Of a DNA stretch of 54,532 bases, positions 35,779 through 46,750 are shown in pieces. This DNA is from Oopsacas minuta (lineage: Eukaryota > Animalia > Porifera): positions 1 through 54,532 of the forward strand of contig JAKMXF010000042.1 in assembly GCA_024704765.1 (NCBI GenBank). Reading direction: 5' to 3'. Under the pieces are notes generated by a model. It had not been told where the DNA came from. It saw only the letters and a program-made list of their open reading frames with translations, and did no database searches. The position numbers and the translations under genes were made by a program. Each line of letters opens with the position of its first letter. Within the stretch, counting starts at the first letter, position 1.

Positions 35779-36096
35779 TTACGAGCCTTTGGCTCGTCGC
35801 TTTGCGATGAACTCGATTACCCCAGGACAGTCGTTAAAAGCATGAATCTACAATAATATGGAAATTTGTTTACTTTATATTCATAAAAACAACAATAAAT
35901 TTACATATGATTAATCCAAAAGTGTGAAAATCGGATTCAGCATGTTCGATATGTTTAGTAAAGTTTTATTGAATTCTATTTACTTCCTTGATAAACACGA
36001 TAAATACATAGTTATGCGGCAATGTCAAAATTGCATACCGTAAATCCTTTCCTTGACAACGGACAAACAAATAAACAACAATTGTGATTTAATAAT
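35779..36096 (+). repeat. Most complete Helentron-like repeat copy
   Basis: Starts at the hairpin ttacgagcctttggctcgt and ends cctttccttgacaacggacaaac...caattgtgatttaataat. Confidence 0.7.
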
Positions 36097-36100
36097 CTAG

Positions 36101-36488
36101 ATTTCCATATTCCTTTGTTGTTTATTCTAGAAAGTTGTTTACCGAATCAGGTATCAACACAATCCTTGTTGAGTAATGACTCAGATGTGGTGAGTAAGCA
36201 ACTCCTGTTAGATTCTTTTAGCTGTTTCTTATTTATTATTCTATTTTTAGTATCAAAAGAGTTTATCTAAACAACAAAAATTAGAATTTTCTATTGTTGA
36301 AAGAATGTGTGAAAACACCCACATTGTAAGTAGCTTTTCTTGATTTGGCGCCTTAAGTTTGTGTCTCATTTAATTATTCTAACAATCTAATTAGGGAATA
36401 TTCATATCTCAAATACATTCCGATCATTCATCTGGTTGCTATGATAAGCTCAGACAAGGTGATAGAATATTTGAGGTAAATACACTAT
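36101..36488. repeat. Dispersed ~390-bp repeat, copy 2
   Basis: Matches 1553-1940. Confidence 0.85.
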
Positions 36489-36723
36489 TATTTCATACCT
36501 AAATACATAATAACATACTACACACCATATTCATAAACACCCCTCACCTGTCTAAAAGTGTTGAAATGTGGCATCGTGCCAATAGAACAATGTGTCTTGA
36601 TGACACATGTTAATGAATATTTCAAAATTACTAATTTTAAGACGAATAATTATTTACACAAAGAGTGTGTATTCACTGTCACTGCCATCATGTGACACCT
36701 CGTGCTACATATAGCGGACACTT

Positions 36724-37062
36724 CTAGCTATTAATTATGACTCAATAACCTAAAGTCACATGCTGCATTACTCCCATACAAGTAGGATATCTATAACAAT
36801 TAAACTTTTTCCAAATAAATATTCAAATATATGAATGAAATTGCCATCTAGTTTGATTATGAATAGTAATCGTGGTAGCCCGTGACACTTTAACTATTAG
36901 ATCATCCATCCTAATATCAGCAATACTGACTCAATTTCCTGCAGGACACTCAGCTATTAGTATACCAGCATTTGTAATCAGTTTATTTCAGAGTATTTTC
37001 AATGACTAAGTGTTCATTTTGAAACTAGAAATAAAGTAGCCAAATCCAGTACTTCTTGATTA
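36724..37062 (+). repeat. 339-bp direct repeat, left copy
   Basis: Nearly identical (about 8 substitutions by eye) to 39363-39701. Confidence 0.95.
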
Positions 37063-37265
37063 CAATTACTATAGTTCATGCTAAATTGAGCTAATTTCTT
37101 GGGAATAAACCAGGATACATTACATGAACATGTCAGCATTTACTTAATAATAATATATCTGCCCAGTAGCTGGTGTCAACAATCATTCTAGGTAATACAC
37201 AGAAAAATATATGTTAAACCGTATAAATAGAAATACAAAGATCTCCAAACTAAATATATTTCCGA

Positions 37266-39167
37266 ATGATACAATTTCAAGAAATGTACGAGACATCGCA
37301 AGCTGTGATTTTATCAAACCGAGATAATCATCAGGAAGCTTTCAACATCATAGATATTACAAATGTATCTGGTAGAAAGAAGAACTGTTGCAGTATTCTA
37401 TGTAAGAAAATTATCGTGACCGTACTGACAATATTTGTTGTTGTCACAATCTGGACTAGCTTAATCGCAGCTGGAGGTACGATTTTCTTACTGGATCAAC
37501 AAATAGAACCAAGTAAAATTTCTAGTGACTCAAATTTCAACATGACTTTAACAAATTCGTCTAATGATTTGCCAATAGTGTACATATTCTTGAGCCAACT
37601 CGTGAATAATGATTCACAAATCTACAAACTTTATGAGATTTATCTTAACGATTTAAACAACAGAAAATTCAAATTTTCCATGAACAATTGTAATGAAACG
37701 AATTGTACGAATGAAGGAAGCATCATTGCCTACCTAGCCCCTATCCTACTTACTACTCCTAATTTGGTTGTATCAGAGGAATATTTGCTGTTTGATTTCT
37801 CAAATGTTTCATTCTCGAATGAAGATCGTTTCTACAGAAGCAATGTGAGTATACTGAACATCACAACAACTGGAATGATCGATAAAGATATAAAACTTGA
37901 AAGAATATTATTCGGGGTGAACGTACAATGTCCAGAAGGATATGAATTCAACTCTAAACATCGGTTTTGTGCTCCAGCTGATTTTATTTCTCATCATTGG
38001 CATCCTTCAGGGAAAGTAGGGCGGTTTGCAATGCGTATTGGAAACGCTTGCATTGCCATTATCGGATTTATATCGAGCATTTTATCATTGACTACTTTGC
38101 TATTGAAAACATTTTTCGTTGATAAGAATACACTAGCAGCAAGGCAGACCAAATTAGGAAAGTTCTTCGAGGCTCTACTAGCGCCGAGTATATTATTCCT
38201 CTATTTATTCGCATCTTTCTGTGTAGTCCTGTTGGTTATATTTGACTTACCAGATCCATCTGTTACCTATCAGAAGCAGTATAATACACAATCTGATTTG
38301 ATACTACTTAACGTGTATGGAGCATTGTTCCATTTTGGAATATTCGCATTTTACTTCTGGGTTAACTTCACATTACTCAACCTCCTCCTTACCATAATGT
38401 ATCCACTTCAACTCAAAGCTAATAATAAAATACGAATCGGCATAATTGTTACAGAATTAATGATCTCAATCATTATTCCTATCCTACTCGTCATAGGATC
38501 TTTAGCATTAAGAGATGGTCGTCCTTACATGTCAATATACATTTGGTTAATCGTATCAGACAGTGATAATATTGATGAATCTCTGCCTAGTTTGATACTA
38601 TACTTCATACCATTATTCGCTTATTGTCTCGGTATACTCACACTAACTCCGCTCATTGTAGCGAGGATTAAATGGGATTTCATACGGAGTGAGAAACTGA
38701 AGATAAACGGCACAAAATTAACAGGATTGCAATACAGGATAATGCTGTATGCTATTATAATGTTCATCTTATGGGCAGCGTTACTAATCGGGCTAATACT
38801 ATACATTACGATATATCAAAGTAATTTGTTTGCTGTGTACTTTGATGAGTTCGGTTGTCTCACTTCACAAAGACCATCATCTATCTACCGGAATGATAGG
38901 CTAGAGGAGTACGATACACTATTAGATGCATTTAGGTCACTGTTTGGAACAAATGACGTCATAAATCAGTACATACACCAATGTTACGTGGTTGATAAGA
39001 CCAACACTACTCATCCTGGATGGCTATTTATAGCTGAAGCGTTTCTAATTAGAATTCTAATCATTTGTATATTCATTGTTACACTTCCCTCCAAGTCCAA
39101 TTACTACGTTTGGAAGAACTTCTTCTTGAAATTATCGGTGTGTTGCAAAAAACTGATAAATAAGTGA
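37266..39167 (+). CDS. GPCR-like receptor, 633 aa: N-terminal TM anchor, glycosylated ectodomain and 7TM with class F (Frizzled/Smoothened)-like features, no CRD
   Basis: Intact single exon; hydrophobic segment near aa 48-76; many NxS/T sites; CPEGY..C; seven further TMs; TM3 ALFHFGIFAFYFWV; long Cys-containing ECL3; KSNYYVWKNFF after TM7. Confidence 0.7.
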   Translation: MIQFQEMYETSQAVILSNRDNHQEAFNIIDITNVSGRKKNCCSILCKKIIVTVLTIFVVVTIWTSLIAAGGTIFLLDQQIEPSKISSDSNFNMTLTNSSNDLPIVYIFLSQLVNNDSQIYKLYEIYLNDLNNRKFKFSMNNCNETNCTNEGSIIAYLAPILLTTPNLVVSEEYLLFDFSNVSFSNEDRFYRSNVSILNITTTGMIDKDIKLERILFGVNVQCPEGYEFNSKHRFCAPADFISHHWHPSGKVGRFAMRIGNACIAIIGFISSILSLTTLLLKTFFVDKNTLAARQTKLGKFFEALLAPSILFLYLFASFCVVLLVIFDLPDPSVTYQKQYNTQSDLILLNVYGALFHFGIFAFYFWVNFTLLNLLLTIMYPLQLKANNKIRIGIIVTELMISIIIPILLVIGSLALRDGRPYMSIYIWLIVSDSDNIDESLPSLILYFIPLFAYCLGILTLTPLIVARIKWDFIRSEKLKINGTKLTGLQYRIMLYAIIMFILWAALLIGLILYITIYQSNLFAVYFDEFGCLTSQRPSSIYRNDRLEEYDTLLDAFRSLFGTNDVINQYIHQCYVVDKTNTTHPGWLFIAEAFLIRILIICIFIVTLPSKSNYYVWKNFFLKLSVCCKKLINK

Positions 39168-39362
39168 GTAAGTGAAGTGGAGAGGATACATGAATTCTAA
39201 GAAGATAGTTTTAGTATGTTTTCTGTAATATATAACTCGATGTATGTTTTATATTAAATAATAACTTAGAGTAGTGAATGGGAAATGTAAGCAAGATAAT
39301 GGTCCATTGGCCCGAAATTCTCTTATAATATAAATGTGTCCTAAGATTATGATATAGTGAAC

Positions 39363-39701
39363 CTAGCTATTAATTATGACTCAATAACCTAGAGTCACAT
39401 GCTGCATTACTCCCATACAAGTAGGATATCTATAACAATTAGACCTTTTCCGAATAAATATTCAAATATATGAATGAAATTGCCATCTAGTTTGATTATG
39501 AATAGTAATCGTGGTAGCCCGTGACACTTTAACTATTAGATCATTCATCCTAATATCAGCAATACTGACTCGATTTCCTGCAGGACACTCAGCTATTAGT
39601 ATACCAGCATTTGTCATCAGTTTATTTCAGAGTATTTTCAATGACTAAGTGTTCATTTTGAAAGTAGAAATAAAGTAGCCAAATCCAGTACTTCTTGATT
39701 A
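39363..39701 (+). repeat. 339-bp direct repeat, right copy
   Basis: Matches 36724-37062 at an offset of 2639 bp. Confidence 0.95.
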
Positions 39702-40029
39702 TTTTTGTTAAGGGCTCATTCACAAAAATTTCTTTATATAATCATAGCATTCTATACACAAAGACAATGCAATCTAATCAAATTCTGGACATAGATGGCG
39801 ATTACCCTGGACTTTCAATTTTTCAAATAATTGTTATAATGCCTTTAACGCTATTCTAAAGTGCTCTAATATAACATTTGTTATACTTTCATGATTTACA
39901 ACCTCTCAACGCAATTATAATTACCAAATTATAATACTTTAATAGTAGAAACACAATTAATTATTCACAATACATTACTAGATAAGTAAAAATCAATAAA
40001 TACAGATATAAATGATAATAATTCATTTA

Positions 40030-40099
40030 CAGTGAAACCTCCCAAAGCGGGGAGGTTGAGTCCCCAAAGATTCGGTCCCCGCTTCGGGAGGTTCCACCG
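40030..40099. mobile_element. Minimal pogo/Tigger-like MITE (70 bp), essentially two TIRs
   Basis: cagtgaaacctcccaaagcgggga ... tccccgcttcgggaggttccaccg; TA on the left; same TIR family as 53038-53167. Confidence 0.6.
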
Positions 40100-40227
40100 A
40101 ATTGTCTAGCTCTTCGTTCTCTCACTCTCTCCACTCGTCAGGCAGGCATGTAGTCATAGTTGACTACCGTAATCAAAACAAAATAACAAACAAAATTAGT
40201 TAGATTTTTTTTACCTTAGTGTTATTT

Positions 40228-41070
40228 CTAATGAATTGCGCTTTTTACCTGATTGATAGCTAATTGTATTTGGGTGTCAATTGATAGTTCAGAGGTGGTT
40301 CGCTCTCTATGTGTTGGTGTGGTAAATTTATCTTCTTCATTAAGTGAACTCTCAATTTGACGGGTGTCAGTCATTGAAATAGTTGCAACACAAATTGGAC
40401 TGCTGTTAATATCAAATGCTTTGATAAACAAATCATTGTCAATTGAAACTGAACGTTCGTGACAGGTCCGGAATCAGCAATGACAATTTTCTAAAAATAT
40501 AAAGGATTGTTCTCGGAATAGTGAGAAATCCAACTTTCCTGAGATCTATCAAATGCAACTTAGAAAGAAGTTCAGAAAATGAATCAACAAGAAACTTATC
40601 TATTGTTTCTTAGTTATCAGCTAAACTCTGAGTGTAGGCAGTTTCCATCATTAACTATTCCTTATCATCTTTTGAAAGTCTCTTTGGTTTTGAATTCAAG
40701 TCAGATAGGTAGGAAGGACAGTTGGAAAATATGCTTGGCACTGCATCTTTCTTTAGGGCCACCCTGTCTCGGAGGACAGTGACAGTTCGTAGTCCATCAA
40801 AATATTGGTGCGTCTCTCGATGTCATCTTCTCTGAAATGGTCCATGCATACCTAAATACACAAATGGAATTCTATATCCGGTAGGAATATATATTAATGA
40901 TTCCAATAGAATACTTTCATATATTTGTGGTCTTCGAAATCCTTTCTTGGTCGAGGAATGGTTCTGAACCATAGTTCGCGTAATCGCACGTCTTTGGGGA
41001 AATTCAAAATTGAGGTAGATTGATCTTCGCCTAAATAGCTAGATCTGTAGCCTGGGACAAGACAGACATC
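40228..41070 (-). mobile_element. THAP-domain (P-element/THAP9-like) 5' relic with an intron
   Basis: CLVPGYRSSY...NFPKDVRLRELWFRTIPR, a likely intron, then VCMDHFREDDIE and LKKDAVPSIFSNCPSYL (THAP C, FP, W, HF and AVPxIF motifs); stops and frameshifts. Confidence 0.75.
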
Positions 41071-41277
41071 TGAATAGTCAAAACAAGTTCTAGTTGAAAG
41101 TAGTAAGTGGATGATGAAAGTGTTAATGGAAATGGAACGTTATGAGGTATTCGTAAACATTATGTAAATATATATTATGGCTGAATAACAAACTTAATAA
41201 ATTCCAAGCTGCTACTTGATAGATTTGATGTTAGAAGCTAGTATCTCTAAAAATAAACAGAATTTGATCATTTACAT

Positions 41278-41854
41278 CAGGGGTTCTCAAAGTGGGCCAT
41301 ATGGCCCCCCCTGGGGGCCACACGAAATTATTGACTGCAATGGGGGCCATTGAAACTTTTGAGATATTTCATTTTCAGTCCGAATACCTAAGTATGCGTA
41401 ATTAATAATGAAGTCAACAAAGCTATATAGTGGTGTTAAAAACAAAGGAATTCTTAATCTATCTTTCTACCAATTGTTATTAATTAATAAGTAACATTGT
41501 TGTCAGCGATTTATTTATTCCATAAGAGTGGCATGATTTTGTCTATAGGCAATCCAATATAATAATCATGACTCCTATATATTTTCTATATACAGTGGAC
41601 CTGGATATTGAAGAAAGAGGTGATGTAAGATTATTGCTATCAAAAATTCAACCAGATATAGAGAAGCTGGCGAGCACGCATCAACCTCATATATCCGATT
41701 GACCACCGATATCTATTCAAAAATTACGTTTAAATCAAATATTTCTTTCAAATGCTATAATTAATGATAAGTACAAAATATACAGTTAGGAGGGCCATGG
41801 ATAGATAAGAGTTCAGTAGGTGGGCACTACATAAAAATAATTTGAGAACCCCTG
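41278..41854 (+). mobile_element. Non-autonomous hAT (Buster-like) deletion derivative, 577 bp
   Basis: 14-bp TIR caggggttctcaaa; perfect 8-bp TSD atttacat; retains the transposase C-terminus RGDVRLLLSKIQPDIEKLASTHQPH. Confidence 0.92.
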
Positions 41855-42329
41855 ATTTACATCAGACTATACTTATCATAGCAAGACATAATGATTGATA
41901 AACTTCTTTCACTATCATTATGGCGGCTATTTCTTAAATATTAACGGAAAATTGGATTAGCGATAAAAAGGGAAAAGTGAAATATCAGAGCTTGATTCAA
42001 AGTATTCTAATATGATTTACAAGATGTCTAAGGGGTTGAATTTACAAATTTATCATTGAATTCTAAAACAGTTTTCATTGCATCTAGCAATTCATCAGCT
42101 GTAGCAAAATAGAACTTGTACTCTGGGTCAGGACCGTTCACAACCTGAAGGAGAGCTCCCATGGTGCTTAAAAGATAAACCCTAGGGTAGTAAATACCAT
42201 TTTTTCTGTACCTCCCTATACCAGGGTCATGTCCCCTCTCTATTTTAAACGTAGTGAATTCCTGACTGAGCACTATGAGCTCTAGAGAGGGTACCAGCTA
42301 ACTTACCCACAAGTCCTAACTCAATATTA

Positions 42330-43955
42330 CAGGATGTTTCTACTCATAATATATACTGGCAATCTGATACACAGGCAATATTATTTTATCAATGGATAGA
42401 CTACTATAATATAACGAGGAAATTGTTACACACCCTTGGTTGAACCGTCTTCTACCTTATATTAACCAGGATGTTGAACACATATTCTCTGGATATGATG
42501 ATGAAATACCTCCATGGCTATACAGGCACAGTCAATGCTCACGGTATTCTAGAGTTCCAGTATAACCTTATTCGTTATGTGGATGGGGCATTTGAATATA
42601 ACGTAACAACGGCTCCTACAACCTGGAATGTTATACCAAACTTAGAGACAGAGTACAGTCAGCAGCAGAATGAATCTGTGTCTGGAGACGCTTGGGTACT
42701 GTGGATTAGAGCTATAGATATATTCGATCATGAGTTGATTGATTATATAGTTATTTATACAGAATTCTCTTCTCCAATGATAACTGATCTAGGATTAAGT
42801 AAGTTTAGTTAATACTTAACACGTAATTTTGTGGAAAATGTATACTAATATGGGAATATTTGTGAATTTCTGATAAATTCCTGTATTCAAATCAACAGAA
42901 GTTAAGTTAGTTCTGTTTTGCCCAATAATTGCATGAAAATTGTTATTTATGGATATAAAACTGGAGATGATGGAATTTTTCGAAACCCACAGATTAGGCA
43001 AATATAATCTCAGGAATTGATTATTTGTGGTTTGTAAGTATCCTATATGAAACAAATTTATTTTAGAGGTAGATAATCGAGTGACACAGTTTGTACAGAA
43101 ATCAAAAGATATTACAGATCTAATAATATCTTTTAAAGCAATAGATCTTGAGAGTGGTATAAAGTCTGTGTACTGGGATATTGAGTATGAGAATCAGACT
43201 ATTATAGCTACTGATACAGTCACTGTTGATATGCTTTCTGTTGTAAGTTTTGAATTATTTGGTATATATGCATAATCTACTTATAGTGATAGTTATATCT
43301 GATGATATATGGAAATTTCACATAGTGGCGTCCTGCTGGTTATGTGGCGAATTATTAATTATCGTAGCGTTATTTCTAGATGTCTTCCTGCAACCTATTT
43401 GGTGATATGAATCATGTAGTTGTTGGGATATTTGTATATAGCAATCTAGGTTGCTGGTTAGAATAATCCTATCTTTAATTCAGCCTACTATTCACTCTGA
43501 AAGAATTACTATTTTATTTCAAACATATTTCATTTTTGCATGAAATTCAGGACAAAATATCCTGAACTTCATGCAGAAATGATCTGTAATAGCAATTCAA
43601 TAACCTTCGCAGGGACACTGGCGTAGCGATATGCGGTCAGGTGGTTCATTGAAACAGAGCTCCCTCCCTTTGTCTAGGGGCCCAAGAGTTCCACAATTCG
43701 GCATATACAGGATTGCTGATATATTTCTTTTTAGGAAGAATGCAGTCAACTAGAATCAACTATTTGCTACTGTACTACAGCACATCTCTGTTTCCAACGT
43801 CTCTACGACATTACACCAAACCCTGTCAAGTTTAATATTACAGAACTGCCTCATTTGGATGCATTTATTCTTAAGGTTGTTGTCACTAACTATGCTAACC
43901 TTACAAATACTGACTCCAGGACTATCATAATAGATGAATCACCTCCAATAGCAGG
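42330..43955 (+). pseudogene. Exons of a large secreted repeat (FN3/Ig-like) protein, frameshifted
   Basis: Segments YWQSDT..., GTVNAHGILEFQY, WIRAIDIF...FSSPMI, FKAIDLESGIKSVYW and VVVTNYANLT...IIIDESPPIAG end at gtaagt/gt donors; start and continuation are missing. Confidence 0.55.
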
Positions 43956-44226
43956 TACTTATATGCATATATGTGTATGCTATTATTTTCAAGTATCCTT
44001 GAAATTTGTTTAAATATCATATTTGTTTTTTAGCACTCCTTTATTATTATAATATATACAAATACGTAACACGATTACAGGACTGTAATGCTAACAGAGT
44101 CTTAGGCAAGTAACTACTACCTGAAATAACATACGAGCTAACTAATCTATATAGCACTAAGATGAGTACATAATTACCTTATTGAGAATTCTAAGCAGAT
44201 CCTCTTTAGAAAGTAAGGCGTACCTC

Positions 44227-45230
44227 TTACATGTCTGGACCACATTCATGCAAATTCCATTTACATCTATTTGGACAGATTCTACAATACCCATTTGTCA
44301 TCATTGCCCAGCATCTTCTTTTATCACTGCAGGGTTGGTTACAATTTTTATGACAGATGCATTTGCATACTGTGCAGTATGTTGTTATCTTCTTGGTAGG
44401 ACCTTTTACAGCTTCCAGTTTCTTTAAGTTCAGAGAAGTGCGAGCATTGGTTGTCATTTGTAAATTTACTCTATCTTCTATGGCTTTTCTAGTTTCTGTT
44501 GTTATCTCGAATGGTAGTTGATGGGCTAGTGTATTATAGAATCTGATGATGCTGTTAATAGTAATATCCCAATATTGTTTAGGATCGCTTCTCCTTTCAG
44601 ATTCAGATTTAAACAAATCCGCGTTGTTGAATGCGAAAAAGCGGTTTTCATCGAATGGGAAGTTGCTCTTCATTGACTCGCTTATAACCTCTGGACAATC
44701 TTCGTCACCGAATCTAGCGAGTACGTACGTGTTCATTTTTGCTTTTCTCTCGAATAATTGTTGTATACTATCAATGATGATCCTTTGTGTTTCTGTCAGT
44801 CTGTGTACGCTTGCATTGATTACAAAACAAATTGCATGGAATTCATCTACTATTTTGAACAGGTCATCTAGTTGTTGTTTATCATTTCATCTCTATCCCC
44901 AAACCCTGGAGTGTCCCATATTATGATAGGATATTCCAAAAAAGTATCTTCAATGAGATATCTAGATATCTCCTTTGTAGGAGATTCATTTTTAGGATTG
45001 ACTAACTTGAATCTCAAATCATCTTCCTTCTCTATCCCAGCTGCATAATTAACGAATGCATTGATTAGTGTGCTTTTCCCACTTCCAGTTTCTCCCACCA
45101 TGATTATTTTTTTCAGGTTCTCCCTTGTTACCTTTTGATAATCACTGACTGATATTTTCTTTGCTGGAAAGGTATACATTTCCATTTCTTCGTTACATTG
45201 TTCTGGAATTTTCTGACTTTTTCTTTCCAA
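44227..45230 (-). pseudogene. Septin/AIG1-like P-loop GTPase + Cys-rich domain, copy A (one frameshift)
   Basis: MVGETGSGKSTLIN, WDTPGFGD; frameshift near 44880; YCTVCKCICHKNC...CWAM..GYCRICPNRCKWNLH. Confidence 0.85.
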
Positions 45231-46104
45231 GTTTTCAATATTGATACTTCCTCTGTTCTATCAGGTGAATGTTTTACTTCAGCCATTACAGCTTATTGTT
45301 TGCAATCGCTAAGTTGTTACCTAGTAGAAAATATGGCATTGTTATCCTTTGAATTTATTATTTAAATATCTTCGAGTCAGTTACATAATGCAATCTAATC
45401 GGATTTGGGATTAATAGTATATGCCTTGTTGTTGGTAATGTGCATGTGTATTTGATGGAAATTTCCTGTTTATATTACAGAGACAGTGACCTTAATAAAG
45501 AAACTCAAAAATCCAATGTAGCAATTTTTTATGAAGTTGAAATATAGTTTGATTGAATTTTCTGTTTTTTTATGCAAATGTTCATCTATAATTTTACTAT
45601 GACATCATTTAGTAATTTGGTAATTCGTTTTTCTATGAGTATAAGTTATCTTAAGAATTGGTGTAAAAGGAATTTTCGTCTTTATATATTCAGATTACCT
45701 GTATGTAATATTTTTGGGAATTCGAAGGAATATACAATTATCTATTGTCTCTCCTTTTCTATTCGTACTTGTGTCGCTATATTTGCTTATTATTTGCTTA
45801 TTATTTGTTATATTTTCATTTTTGCTAATTATTCCTATTATTTAAATAATAGTGAGGTTATTTGTGGTAACTTTTGCTAACGATAATTGAATATTTGAGA
45901 ATACTCAGACATTCTGTATTATTAATTTATCTAAAATTCTTTTAATATTAACTTTGTTATAACAATTCATTAATCATTTTTAGACATTTCATATGATTCT
46001 CGTTACGTAATACAATCAAGAAACTTTGTTTTACTTAACGAATTCCGCATTTTGAAATTATTTTAATATTTGCATTTAAGAGAACTTACTACTTATATAT
46101 CGTA

Positions 46105-46352
46105 CACTGCCTGGCCAAAGGTATTGGAACACTGTTTACAACTTGTGCACAAGTGGCATTAGATGAGAATATGTTGAAAGATTTTATGGATATTGCAGAA
46201 AGTAGAACAATAGCTTGTTATCATTCGGTTTACGATATATTTATGTTCAACATTTTTTGAACTCGTCTTTAGCTGATACAACTATGGTAGCATACCCTTT
46301 GTTTCAGGTATTAATTGTGGCAGGGTGTTCCAATACTTTTGGCCAGGCAGTG
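46105..46352. mobile_element. Tc1-type MITE, 248 bp (TIR family of 21729-21978)
   Basis: cactgcctggccaaaggtattggaacac ... gtgttccaatacttttggccaggcagtg; TA TSD. Confidence 0.9.
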
Positions 46353-46634
46353 TATATATTTTGTATACTTATCCAGAATTTGCAATAACGATATTCCTTC
46401 ATAATCCTGTGTCTTTCAAACGGTAATTACTAATGTAAATGAGGGATGGTGTTGTGTGTGTGTATAGTATAACAGCCCAATTTCTTCATATTACAAATTT
46501 GCAAAAATCGTGACACACAGAAGAAGGTAGGGTGTCAAAATTTTGGAAATTTAGAGGTACGTAACGTTTGAACGGCACTTTAATATCAATAAATATTAAT
46601 TACTTAAGTTAGAAAGAGCTGATAATGTTTTCAA

Positions 46635-46659
46635 ACACACACACACACACACACACACA
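46635..46659. repeat. (AC)n microsatellite
   Basis: About 12 AC units. Confidence 0.95.
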
Positions 46660-46750
46660 TATCCACAAATCTGAATATTCTATTCCAAACATAACATACT
46701 AACCTATACAGAACTTAGCTAGTATAGCAGCTAATACCTAGTCAGTATAG

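Noticed and set aside
36724-39701. LTR retrotransposon
   Set aside because: No TG...CA termini, PBS/PPT, short TSD or gag/pol; kept only as a direct-repeat finding
42028-42273. 81-aa minus-strand ORF with protein-like composition
   Set aside because: No motif recognised and no paralogue in the window; cannot support a call
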